Program-made: the position numbers and the translations under genes | Notes under the pieces: model-generated | What the model was told of the DNA's origin: nothing | Seen by the model: only the letters and a program-made list of their open reading frames with translations | Database searches by the model: none | Part shown: positions 1 to 13,909 of the stretch, one piece after another | Position numbering within the stretch: the first letter of the stretch is position 1 | Layout of the letters: the number at the start of each line of letters is the position of its first letter | NCBI GenBank assembly: GCA_963802765.1 | Contig: CAWDJZ010000003.1 | Location: 217,987 to 241,986, forward strand | Direction of reading: 5' to 3' | From: an uncultured Gaiellaceae bacterium | Lineage (GTDB): Bacteria > Actinomycetota > Thermoleophilia > Gaiellales > Gaiellaceae | Length of the DNA stretch: 24,000 nucleotides

Positions 1-333
1 CCGATCGTGCAGGTCGCCGTGCCGGCCGAGGTCGCGTGCGAGCTCGCCGAGCCGCAGCGCGGTCATCGTGTTCGGCACGACGTCGGGATGCGGGTTGTAC
101 TCGAGCCCGCGCTCGGCGAAGAACCGGCGAACGCGTTCGGTCATCCGGTCGCCGTAGCGCGCGAGCAATTGCGCTCGCGGGATCCCCTCGGGCGGGTACT
201 CGGGATGGAGGTTGAACGGGAGCCACTCGACGCGGGCGCCGTACCGGCGCTCGAGCTGCGCGGCCGTCGGCTGGCTCGCGCGGCAGAAAGGTCAGATGTA
301 GTCGCTCCAGATCTCGACGGTGTGCTCGCTCAC
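1..333 (-). CDS. DsbA/FrnE-family thiol:disulfide oxidoreductase (thioredoxin fold). First 111 codons only; the gene continues past the left window edge. In-frame TGA at the first Cys position of the CxxC motif.
   Basis: My own minus-strand translation from GTG 333-331 reads VSEHTVEIWSDYI*PFCRASQPTAAQLERRYGARVEWLPFNLHPEYPPEGIPRAQLLARYGDRMTERVRRFFAERGLEYNPHPDVVPNTMTALRLGELARDLGRHGDLHDR, with no other stop. The 'V.IWSD..CP(F/W)C ... W.PF.L.P' pattern is typical of DsbA-like/FrnE proteins. It is absent from the ORF track because of the TGA at 292-294 and the missing 3' end. Confidence 0.6.
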
Positions 334-378
334 GAGCCGAGCGTAGCCCCCGCCGCGCAGGGCGAGCGCGACGGCGGG

Positions 379-1633
379 CTAGGGCTCGCGGGCGAGCAGG
401 TCCTCGATCGTCTCGCGGCGGAGAATCAACCGCGCGCCTGCCTCCGAGACCAGCACGGCCGCGGGGCGCGGGACGCCGTTGTAGCTGGAGCTCATCGCGA
501 GCGTGTATGCGCCGGTCGCCGGGACTGCGAGCAGGTCGCCGCGACGCGGCAGCGGGAGGCGCGACGTCGTCGATCAGGACGTCGCCCGACTCGCAGTGCT
601 TGCCGGCGATCGTGAACTCGCCCGCCGGCGCCTCGTCCGCCCTGTTCGCGAGGAGAGCCGCGTAGCTGGCGCCGTAGAGCTGAGGGCGGGGGTTGTCCGA
701 CATGCCGCCGTCGATCGCGACGTAGCGGCGGTCGCCGGCTTGCTTCACCGCGCCGACCCGGTACAGCGTGAACGCGGCGGGCCCGACGAGCGCGCGACCC
801 GGCTCGACGATCACCTGGGGCGCGGACAGGCCGCGCAGCGCCCATTCGCGCGCGACGGCCGCGACGATCCCGCGCACGAGCTCGTCGACCGGCGGTTCGG
901 GCTCCTCCGGCACGTGCCGGACGCCGAAGCCGCCGCCGACGTCGATCGTCGCCGGTACCCAGCCGAGCTCGTCGCGGCAGCGGGCGGCGAACCCGGCCAG
1001 CAGCTCGACGGCGGCCAGATGCGCGCGCGCATCCGCCAGCTGCGAGCCGACATGCACGTGCAGCCCTTCGACGTCGAGGCCGGACTCGCGGGCGGCGCGG
1101 ACGGCGTCGATCGCGTCTGCTCTGCGTCCAGCCCGAACTTCGAGCCGTGGTGGCCGGTTCGGATCGCCTCGTGCGTCTCCGCGTCGACGCCGGGGGTGAC
1201 GCGCACCAGCACGCGCTCGACGCCGGCCTCGGCGGCGCGCGCCGGCTCGTCGGGCGCGTCCAGCACGACGAGCGCGCCCGCGTCGGCGGCCGCGCGAAGC
1301 TCCTCGTCCGACTTGTTGTTGCCGTGGACGACGAGGTGCCGCCCTCGATCCGGCCGCGCCTGGCGAACGCGAGCTCGCCGAGCGTCGAGACGTCCGCGCC
1401 GAGCCCCTCCTCGGCGAGCAGCCGCATCAGGGCGACGTTGGCGAACGCCTTCGTTCCGTAGACGACGAGCGCGTCCGGGCGCCGCCGCCGGAACATCCGC
1501 GCACGCTCCCGCACGCGTCTCTCGGAGTAGACGACGAGCGGGGTCCCGAAGCGTGCCGCGAGCTCTGCCGCGCGCCGACGACCCTCGAGCTCCAGCTGCC
1601 CGGAGGAGATCCTGGCGCCGTTGGGAACAGTGC

Positions 1634-1639
<6 letters not shown>
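379..1639 (-). CDS. lysA: Diaminopimelate decarboxylase (PLP-dependent), interrupted by about 4 frameshifts as sequenced
   Basis: Full-length LysA-like translation spread over three frames. '[60 protein letters not shown]' is in the frame of ORF 492..1691. '[48 protein letters not shown]' is in the frame of ORF 811..1266. '[79 protein letters not shown]' is in the third frame, which is open to the window edge and so not in the track. The end, '[43 protein letters not shown]', stops at TAG 381-379. Frame switches lie near 1622 (a CCC run), 1340, 1120 and 560. The start is taken as ATG 1639-1637 ([14 protein letters not shown]), which assumes the 1622 indel. Confidence 0.85.
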
Positions 1640-4202
<2,563 letters not shown>

Positions 4203-4278
4203 GACGAAACCGGCACAGATTCGCCACAGAGCCGTGTGCACCCTCCGTGACGGCGCGTTTCCCGCGCACGCTCGAGGC

Positions 4279-4848
4279 ATGCCCTCCCTGCCACGTCTCG
4301 CGCCGGCGGGCGCTCGTCTGTCGCCGCGGTCGCCCTTGCTGCTCCTCGCGGTGGCCGGGCGCACGCTGGTCGGGGCCGGCTCGGCCAGCGTCGAGCCGGC
4401 TGGCGCTCGTCCCCGAGCAGTCGGCGGCAGCGCCGAAGCTCGTCGTTCACGTCGCCGGAGCGGTCCGTCGCCCGGGTCTCTACCGGCTCGCCGAGGGCAA
4501 GAGAGTCGCCGACGCGGTCGCCCATGCGGGCGGAGCGACCGCGTCGGCCGACACCGCCGCGATCAACCTCGCCGCCCCGCTCGCCGACGGGATGCAGGTG
4601 CTCGTGCCGCGGCGGGTCACGTCCGGGGCGGACGCGGGTGCCGGCGCCGGCGGGCGGCCGTCCCAGTCTGAGCTCGGCCTCGCTCGACGGAGCTCGATGC
4701 GCTGCCGGGCGTCGGCCCCGTCACGGCCCAGAAGATCGTCGACTACCGGGCCGAGCACGGAGGTTTTCGCTCGGTCGACGACCTCGACGCGATCCCGGGA
4801 ATCGGTCCGGCGAGGATCGAGCAGCTCCGGGACCTGGTCTCGCCGTGA
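4279..4848 (+). CDS. comEA: Competence protein ComEA (DNA receptor; SLBB plus tandem helix-hairpin-helix), 3 or more frameshifts
   Basis: N-terminal hydrophobic segment '[11 protein letters not shown]'. SLBB-like '[49 protein letters not shown]'. HhH pair '[51 protein letters not shown]'. Frame switches lie near 4395, 4655 and 4688. The start codon is a best guess. TGA 4846-4848 overlaps the comEC GTG (GTGA). Confidence 0.72.
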
Positions 4849-7115
4849 TCGAGCGCAGCTGGCCGACGCTGCTCGTTCTTTGCGCCTGCGTCGGGCTTGC
4901 GTCCGCGAACGCCTGGCGGGCACCGGCTCTCGTCGTGGTGGTGATCTCGCTGCGGCGACAGCCGCCGTCGCCTCGGTCCGGGCTGCGCTTGCCTGCGTGC
5001 GCGCTCGCGCTGGCGTTGGTCGGCTGGTGGTGGGGCACCGCGCGTCTCGACGCGCTCGAGCGCAGCGTGCTCGTTGCCCGAGCTGGGACGGTCGGCGCCG
5101 CTCACGGCGGTCGTGACCGGTCCTGTGCGGCGAACGCCGTTCGCGCTTCGTGTTCCCGCGGAGGTGCGCCGATTCGATCGACGCGCGGTGCGGGAGCGCG
5201 TCCTGCTCGAGCTGCCGCTCGGGCGCTCGCCGCCACAGGGTGCCGTTCTCGCCCTCCGTGCAGTCGTCGACAGCTCCCCGCGGTCCCGAAGACGGCTTCG
5301 ACGAACGCGGCTGGCTCGCACGGCGCGGCGTCCACGTCGTTCTTCGCGGTGGCGAATGGCGCGTTGTCGGTCGTCGCGGCGGGATCGGCGGCGTCTCCGA
5401 TCGGCTGCGGGCACACGTCGCGCGCGCCATCGCCGCCTGGCCTCGACGGCGAGCGTCGTGCGGTGCTTGCCGGGATCGTGCTGGGCGAGGACGAAGGGCT
5501 CACCGACGAGCTCCGGGACAGCTTCAAGGCGTCGGGCCTCTACCACCTGTTGGCGGTGTCGGGGCAGAACATCACGTTTCTGGCGCTGGGCGTGCTGGGG
5601 CTCGCGTGGCTGCTCGGGATCTCGCGACTCTCAGCGCGAGCTGCTCGCAATCGTGGCGATCGCCGGCTACGTCCTCGCGGTCGGGTGGCAGCCGTCCGTC
5701 GTCCGGGCAGGGGTGGCCGGCGCGCTCGCGTCGCTGGCATGGCTGGTCGTCGCGGCCGCGAGACCGCTGGCACTTCCTCGCGCTCGGGGCTGCGGTCCTG
5801 CTCGCCTGGACGCCGGCCACGCCTGCTCGAGCCCGGCTTCCAGCTCTCGTTCGCAGCGGTTGGCTCGATCTTCCTCCTGGTGCCGAGGCTCAGGCTCGCG
5901 CTCGAGGGTTACCCGATGCCCGAGCTGGCTGCGCGAGGCGCTCGCGGTCTCCACCGCCTGCGGCGCCGCGACAGCGCCGATCCTCTGGCTCCAGTTCGGC
6001 AGCGTGCCGGTCTACTCGCTGCTCGGAAACGTTCTCGTCACGCTCGCGGTCGGGCCGCTGCTCGGGCTCGCGCTCGCTCGGCTCGCTCGTCGAGCCGGTG
6101 CTCCCGTCCGCGGCGCTCGCGCTCGCCTGGCTGAACGGCTGGCTGGCGGCGTACATCGCCGCCTGCGCGGCCATCGTCGGCGGCCTGCCGCTGGCCCAGA
6201 TCGGCTCCGGCGCGGCCGTGTGCGTGCTGCTCGGCACGCCGCTCGCGCTGCTCGGCCTGCGCCGCCTGCCGCCCTGGCGGCGAGGCGCAGCGCTCGCAGG
6301 CGCGCTGGCGATCGTGCCGGCACTCCTCGCTTGGCAGCTCGTGCCGGCGCAGTCGTTGCCGCCTCCGACCGGGCTGCGGCTCACGTTCCTCGACGTCGGC
6401 CAGGGCGACTCGATTCTCGTGCAGGTTCCGGAAGGGGCCGTGCTCGTCGATCAAGGACCGCCGGAGGGGGACGTCGCGCGGCAGCTGCGAGAGCTCGGGA
6501 TCCGTCGCCTCGCGGCGCTCGTGCTCACGCATCCCCAGCGCGACCACATCGGCGGCGCCGAGGCCGTCCTGCAACGGCTGGGCGTGGAGCGCGTGCTCGA
6601 CCCGCATCTGGCCGCGTCGAGCGAGTACCGGCGAGCGGCGCTCGCGGAGGCGGCGGAGCGGGGCGTGGCCGTCGTCGAGGCCCGGGCGGGCGACTCGTAC
6701 CGGCTCGGGCGGCTCCAGTTGCGCGTGCTCTGGCCGGACCGGCCGGGTACGCCGAGGCCGAGGATCCGAACCGGCTCCCGGTCGTCCTGCACGCGACCTA
6801 CGGCGACACCGACGCCTTGCTGACCGCGGACGCGGAGAACGACGTCACTGCGCGCCTCGTGTCCCGTCGGATCGAGATCCTCAAGGTCGCCCATCACGGC
6901 TCCGCCGATCCGGGTCTCGCAAGCGAACTGGGCGAGCTGCGACCCACCGTCGCGGTGATCTCGTGCGGCCGTGGCAACGACTATGGCCATCCGACAGCGT
7001 CGACGCTCGCGGCGCTGCGGGCGAGCCCGGGCTGAGCCTCTACCGAACCGACGAGGACGGGCGCGTAGTGGTCGAGTCGGACGGGCGCCGGATCTCGGTG
7101 CGGACCGACCGTTGA
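4845..7115 (+). CDS. comEC: DNA internalization competence protein ComEC/Rec2 with C-terminal metallo-beta-lactamase domain, 10 or more frameshifts
   Basis: '[54 protein letters not shown]', '[27 protein letters not shown]' and '[21 protein letters not shown]'. MBL domain '[55 protein letters not shown]', with tail '[27 protein letters not shown]'. The fragments alternate between ORFs 4524, 5074 and 5150. Frame switches lie near 5085, 5270, 5435, 5630, 5755, 5822, 5918, 6075, 6745 and 7030. Confidence 0.85.
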
Positions 7116-7120
7116 GTAGG

Positions 7121-8131
7121 GTGAACGACGTGGCCGGAACCGCCGACCTGAAGCCCGTGTACCTGCTCACCGGCAGCGACAGGCCGAAGATCGAGACCGC
7201 ACTCGCGCGCCTCCGCCGGCACTTCGAGCCGGAGGCCGTCGAACTCGTCTCCGCGCAGGACCTCTCAGGCCCCGAGGCAGCGGCGCTCTGCAATGCGGGC
7301 AGCCTCTTCGGCGATGCCAGACTCGTCGTCGTCGAGGGGATCGACGGCCGGCGGAACGCGGAGGGCCGGCTCGCGAACGGCTGGAAGGCGGCCGACGTGA
7401 AGGCGATCGAGGAGTACCTCTCGTCCCCGGCGCCCACAACCGTGCTCGCCCTCGTCGCCGAGGCGATCAAGAAGGACGCGCCGCTGGCCAAGGCGTGTGC
7501 GAAGGTCGGCGCGATTCTCGCCTACGACGTGCCGAAGCGAAACGTCGCGAGCTGGGTCGCCGAGCGCTTCAAGCAGGCGGGCGGCCGCGCCGAGCCCGAC
7601 GCCTGTGCGGCGCTCGTCCAGCTGGTCGGCGAGGACTTCCACCAGCTGGCGAACGAGATCGACAAGCTCGTGCTCTGGGCCGGCGACGAGCCGATCGGCG
7701 AGCGCGAGGTGGAACTGCTCGTCCCGGCAGTCGCCGACATGCCCACCTTCGCGCTCACCGACGCGTGGGGGCGGCGGGACACCAGTGCGACGCTCGAGGC
7801 GAGCGAGACGATCTTCGAGCGGGAGGGCCGTCCGCGTCGCGACACGGCGCCGCGGATGGCGGGTGCGCTCGGCAACCATCTTGCGCTCGTCCGCCGCTGT
7901 CAGCGTCTTGCCGCCGAAGGCGTCCGTCCACGAGAGGCCGCCTCGACGCTCAAGCGGCACCCTTTCTACGTCGACAAGGTGTTCGCCCAGGCGGCGAACT
8001 TCTCCGAGACCGAGCTCCTTGACGCGGTAGTGCGACTGGCCGCGCTCGACCATGCGCTCAAGGGCGGCAGCAAGCTAGCGCCCGACCTCGAGCTCCAGCG
8101 GGCGCTGGTCGACGTCGGGGCTGAGCCCTAG
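7121..8131 (+). CDS. holA: DNA polymerase III subunit delta
   Basis: Intact reading frame from GTG 7121 (an alternative GTG is at 7130): 'LKPVYLLTGSDRPKIETALARLRRHF..GSLFGDARLVVVEGID..LANEIDKLVLWAG..TFALTDAW..LKGGSKL'. Size (336 aa) and position between comEC and rpsT fit holA. Confidence 0.8.
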   Translation: MNDVAGTADLKPVYLLTGSDRPKIETALARLRRHFEPEAVELVSAQDLSGPEAAALCNAGSLFGDARLVVVEGIDGRRNAEGRLANGWKAADVKAIEEYLSSPAPTTVLALVAEAIKKDAPLAKACAKVGAILAYDVPKRNVASWVAERFKQAGGRAEPDACAALVQLVGEDFHQLANEIDKLVLWAGDEPIGEREVELLVPAVADMPTFALTDAWGRRDTSATLEASETIFEREGRPRRDTAPRMAGALGNHLALVRRCQRLAAEGVRPREAASTLKRHPFYVDKVFAQAANFSETELLDAVVRLAALDHALKGGSKLAPDLELQRALVDVGAEP

Positions 8132-8394
8132 GAGGGCTCGCCGACGGCGAGGCGGGCGGCGCGCGCCTTCTTGCGCGCGGCCGTGTTCTTGTGCAGCGCC
8201 CCGCGGGAGGCGGCCTTGTCGATCGTGCGCACGAGCTCGAGATGCTCTGAAGCGACCTGCTCGGCGTCCTCGCCCGCGACAGCGGCCTCGAGCCGCTTCG
8301 TCAGCGTCTTGACGGTCGAGCGGTAGCGGAGGTTCTCCTCCCGCTGGCGCTCGGCGATCCCGACGCGTTTCTTCTGTTGCTTGATGTTGGCCAT
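8128..8394 (-). CDS. rpsT: 30S ribosomal protein S20
   Basis: 'MANIKQQKKRVGIAERQREENLRYRSTVKTLTKRLEAAV..RTIDKAASRGALHKNTAARKKARAARL', 88 aa. The internal ATG 8394-8392 is preferred over the longer ORF-track start at 8502. Confidence 0.93.
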   Translation of the reverse strand: MANIKQQKKRVGIAERQREENLRYRSTVKTLTKRLEAAVAGEDAEQVASEHLELVRTIDKAASRGALHKNTAARKKARAARLAVGEPS

Positions 8395-8466
8395 ATCGAA
8401 GAAAGGCCCGCACTCGGCGGGCGCGCAGGATCGTAGCAGAGAAGCCGTTCCGGCAGACCTCGTTCC

Positions 8467-8472
8467 TATACT
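8467..8472 (+). promoter_or_regulatory. Candidate -10 hexamer (TATACT) placed for a leaderless murJ transcript
   Basis: TATACT ends 6 nt before the murJ GTG at 8479. There is no Shine-Dalgarno sequence between them. Confidence 0.3.
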
Positions 8473-8478
8473 CGCGCA

Positions 8479-10048
8479 GTGGAGACGCGAGCCCAGCCAC
8501 ACAGGCTCGCGTGGTCGACGGCGCTCTTCTCGGCCGCGACCGGTCTCTCACGCGTGCTCGGCCTCGTCCGGGAGATCGTGGCCGCGAACTACTTCGGCGC
8601 ACGCGGGCCGATCAACGCCTTCACCGTCGCGTTCCAGATCCCGAATCTCATCCGCGCTCTCGTCGCCGACGCGGCGCTCTCCTCCGCGTTCGTGCCCGTC
8701 TTCAGCGAGCTGCTCGAGAAGGGGGAGAAGGCGCGGGCGTGGCGGGTCGCGTCGACGGTCTTCTGGCTCTTCCTGCTCATCGTCGGCGGGATCACCGCCG
8801 CTCTTCATCCTGGCCGCGCCGGTGTTGATGCCGGCGCTCGTGGGCGCCTACGACGACCTCACGGTGACGCTGTCGCAGATCCTCTTCCCGATCGTCGTCC
8901 TGATCGGCCTCTTCGGGATCGTGACCGGGATCCTGAACAGCTACGAGCAGTTCACGATCCCCGCGCTGACGCCGGTCTTCTGGAACCTCGCGATCATCGT
9001 CGGGCTCGTCCTCGGCGTTCCTCGGGCCGACACCGAGGACGGCAAGCTCTACGTCTACGCAGGCGCGATCGTCGTCGGGACGTTGATCCAGTTCCTGCTC
9101 CCGCTCCCCTGGCTGCGCCGCCTGGACGGCCGGCTCGGCCTTGCCCTCGATCTGAAAGACCCGGCCGTGCGGCAGGTCTTCAAGCTGATGGTGCCCGTGA
9201 TGCTCGGGCTCGGCCTGATCAACGTGAACGCGGTGATCGGGACCGTCTTCGCCTCCAAGCTGATCGACCCGGAGCTCGCGCCGAGCGCAATCGACAAGGC
9301 GTTCCGCATCTACATGCTCCCGCAGGGGATGTTCTCGGTCGCGGTCGCGACCGTTCTCTATCCCGTCGCTCGCGCGCCTCGCGACACGAGGCGACCTGGC
9401 CGGCTTCCGGCGACCGTCTCGGCGGGCCTGCGCCAGATCAACTTCCTGCTCGTTCCGGCCGCGCGTCGCCTCCGCCGTCCTCGCGGAGCCGATCGTCCGC
9501 TTGCTCTACCAGCGCGGTGCATTCGAGCCCGACCAGACCCGGTCGTCGCCGCCGCACTCGCTGCGTTCTCGCTCGGCCTCACCTTCAACGGGATGATGCT
9601 GATGCTGAACCGGGGCTTCTTCAGCCTGCAGGCGCCGTGGACGCCGACGGCTGTCGCGCTCGGCTCGTGTTGGTGAACACGGCCCTCTACGGGCTCCTCT
9701 ACCGGGTCGGCACATGGGGGATCCCGCTCGCGATCTCGCTCACGAACATCGCCGGAGTGGCGCTGCTCGTCGTCGCATTGCGCCGGCGCACCGGGACGCT
9801 GGACATGAAGGCGGTGGTGCGTTCGCTCGCGCTCGTCACGCTCGCCTCCGTCGCGCTCGCCCTCGTCTCGTACGGCGTCTGGTGGCTCCTCGACGAGGCG
9901 CTCGGACGGTCGCTGGGAGCACAGGTCGTCTCGCTCGGCGCTCGCGCTCGTCGCAGGGGGAGCCGCCTATCTGCTCGCCTGCCGGGCGCTCCGAGTGCGC
10001 GAGATCACGACGCTACTCTCCCTGCGAGACCGCTTCCGGCGGAGCTGA
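8479..10048 (+). CDS. murJ: Lipid II flippase MurJ (MviN family), about 7 frameshifts
   Basis: '[62 protein letters not shown]', '[38 protein letters not shown]', '[20 protein letters not shown]', '[23 protein letters not shown]', '[29 protein letters not shown]' and tail '[27 protein letters not shown]' (TGA 10046-10048). Frame switches lie near 8805, 9369, 9410, 9465, 9540, 9665 and 9935. Confidence 0.85.
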
Positions 10049-10053
10049 CACGC

Positions 10054-11837
<1,784 letters not shown>

Positions 11838-11841
<4 letters not shown>

Positions 11842-12644
11842 CGTGGCTTCCCGGCGTCGCTCTCCCGGGCTGCGACCTCGGCGAGCCGCTTGATCGTCGT
11901 CAGCCGTTCGTCCCACTCCTCCGCGACTCGTGCCAGCCAGCGCGTGGCGGCGTCGAGGCGCTCCGCGCGGACGGCGTAGCGCACCTCGCGGCCCTCGCGC
12001 CTGCCTTCGACGAGGCCGGCTCGGTCGAGGACGGCGAGGTGCTTGGCGACCGCCTGTCGCGTCACGGGCAGCTCGGCGGCCAGGGCGGTGGCCGTTGCGT
12101 CGCCGTGGGCCAGGAGAGCGTCGAGGAGGCGGCGCCTGGTTGGGTCCGAGACCGCCGCCCAGAGCTCGTCCACCTCCTCGCGCGCTTCATCGCCTGCCGA
12201 GACGCCGGCCTGCTTCGACGCGTACTCGGCGAGCTCGCCGAGCTCGATCCGCCAGCCCTCCGTGTTCTCCTCGGCGTACTTCGCCTTCTCCGCCTCGGAG
12301 CCGTCGAGCTCGGTGAAGCCGCTCTCGACCACGCGCAGCCGGGTGCTCTCGCCCTCGCCGCTGAGGCTGAACTCGACGAGCGTCGAGTTGCCGGCGCGGG
12401 GCTCGGTGTCTGCCGGGCGTGACCAGCGAAACGCGAAGACATGCGGCGGCTCGACCTTCTCGACGCGCGCACGGAAGGAGCCGTACTCCTCCCACGTGAG
12501 AAGCGCTTCACCGCCGGGTCGCAAGTCGATCGCGGCCGAGTCGCCGAACCACGAACCGACATGCTCGGGCTCGGTCACGACCGCCCACACCACCTCCAGC
12601 GGCGCGTCGATCAGGATCTCACGTTCGATCCGATCCGGAACCAT
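11838..12644 (-). CDS. SRPBCC/AHSA1-like domain fused in one frame to a C-terminal ArsR-family winged-helix regulator
   Basis: ATG 12644 is preceded by AAGGAGG (12656-12650) with a 5-nt spacer. The N-terminal half, '[51 protein letters not shown]', is START/AHSA1-like. The C-terminal half, '[65 protein letters not shown]', is an ArsR-type HTH. The longer ORF-track start at 12941 is rejected. Confidence 0.8.
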
Positions 12645-12662
12645 CTGAACCTCCTTTGTCGT

Positions 12663-12677
12663 GCAACGATTGGTTGC
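12663..12677. promoter_or_regulatory. Operator-like near-palindrome, copy 1 (GCAACGATTGGTTGC)
   Basis: Its reverse complement GCAACCAATCGTTGC matches copy 2 at 14 of 15 positions. It lies 19-33 nt upstream of the ATG of the SRPBCC-ArsR gene, in a locally AT-richer divergent intergenic region. Confidence 0.5.
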
Positions 12678-12692
12678 GCATACTAGCAAAAC

Positions 12693-13897
12693 ATGCAACC
12701 AATGGTTGCTCCTCGTCGACGGGTCGCGCGCAACCCAGGGGTACACTCGACTCCGACCGAGGCACGTCGATCGATCGTTCGAGGGAGAGAGATTCCCGGA
12801 GCGCGCCACCTCTACGTCCACCTGCCCTTCTGCGCTCATCGCTGTGGCTACTGCGACTTCGTCACCGTCACGGGGGCAGAAGGCGAGCACGGCGACTACG
12901 TGGAAGCGCTCCTCGCCGAGCTCGAGGGCTCGAGCGGGCACACCTGGCGGACGAGGTCGAGACCGTCTTCGTCGGCGGCGGCACGCCGACTTTCACCGAG
13001 CCCACCGCGCTCGCGCGGCTGCTCGCCGGCCTTCCCGCGGCGGCCGAGAAGACGGTGGAGGCGAATCCCGAGACGGTGACGCCGGAGCTCGCCGCGCTTC
13101 TGCGCGAGCATGGCGTCGATCGCATCTCGCTCGGCGCGCAGAGCTTCCAGGCGCGCCTGCTCGAAGTGCTCGAGCGGCGAGCGCGGCCGGAGCACGTGCG
13201 CAGTGCGGTCGCCACGCTGCGCGACGCCGGCTTCGACAACGTCTCGCTCGACCTCATCTACGGCATTCCCGGCCAGAGCGCCGACGACCTCGAGCGCGAC
13301 CTCGACGAGGCGCTCGCGCTCGAGCCGGAGCATCTCTCCTGCTACGAGCTCGAGGCCAAACCGGGGACCCGCTTCACGCACGCGTACGGAGCGGAGCTCG
13401 AGCGCCAGGCGGAGGCGATGGAGGACTACTTCGAGCGTGTCGTCGAGGTGCTCACGGGCGCCGGCTACCGCTGGTACGAGACGGCGAACTTCTGCCGCAT
13501 GGACGCCGGGCGCGATCTTCGCGCTCGGCACAACCTGGCCTACTGGCTCGGCCGCGACTATCTCGGCATCGGCATCGGGGCCGTGTCGACCGTCGCGGGC
13601 CTGCGCTGGCGGAACGCACCGAGCCTGCCGCGCTACGTCGCGGCGCTGAGCCGGGGCGACCGACCCGCGCGCGAGCTCGAGCCGCTCGACGACGACGTGC
13701 AGGCGCGCGAGCGGCTGCTCCTCGGCCTCCGGCTCGACGAGCCGCTCGCGAGAGACGGCCTCGACGGCGCCGTCGACAGCGATGCGCTCGCGCGGCTCGT
13801 TCGCGGCGGCCTCGTCGACGCGGCCGGCGACACGCTCGTGCTGACCCGGCGGGGCCGCTTTCTCGGCGGCGCGGTGACTGCGGAGCTCCTCTCGTAG
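12693..13897 (+). CDS. hemW: Radical SAM heme chaperone HemW / HemN-like coproporphyrinogen III oxidase family, 1 frameshift near 12930
   Basis: 'RHLYVHLPFCAHRCGYCDF' (CxxxCxxC) is in the frame of ORF 12693. The rest, 'VETVFVGGGTPTF..TVEANPETVTPE..GVDRISLGAQSF..NVSLDLIYGIPGQS..HLSCYELEAKPGT..RWYETANF..HNLAYW', is in the frame of ORF 12656. The start is uncertain: the only in-frame ATGs (12693, 12702) give a 30-aa N-terminal extension and lie inside the operator-like palindrome. Confidence 0.85.
12695..12709. promoter_or_regulatory. Operator-like perfect palindrome, copy 2 (GCAACCA-A-TGGTTGC)
   Basis: Perfect 7-1-7 inverted repeat, centre-to-centre 32 bp from copy 1. It overlaps both candidate hemW ATGs (12693 and 12702). 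Confidence 0.5.
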
Positions 13898-13909
13898 AAT
13901 TACCTGCAA

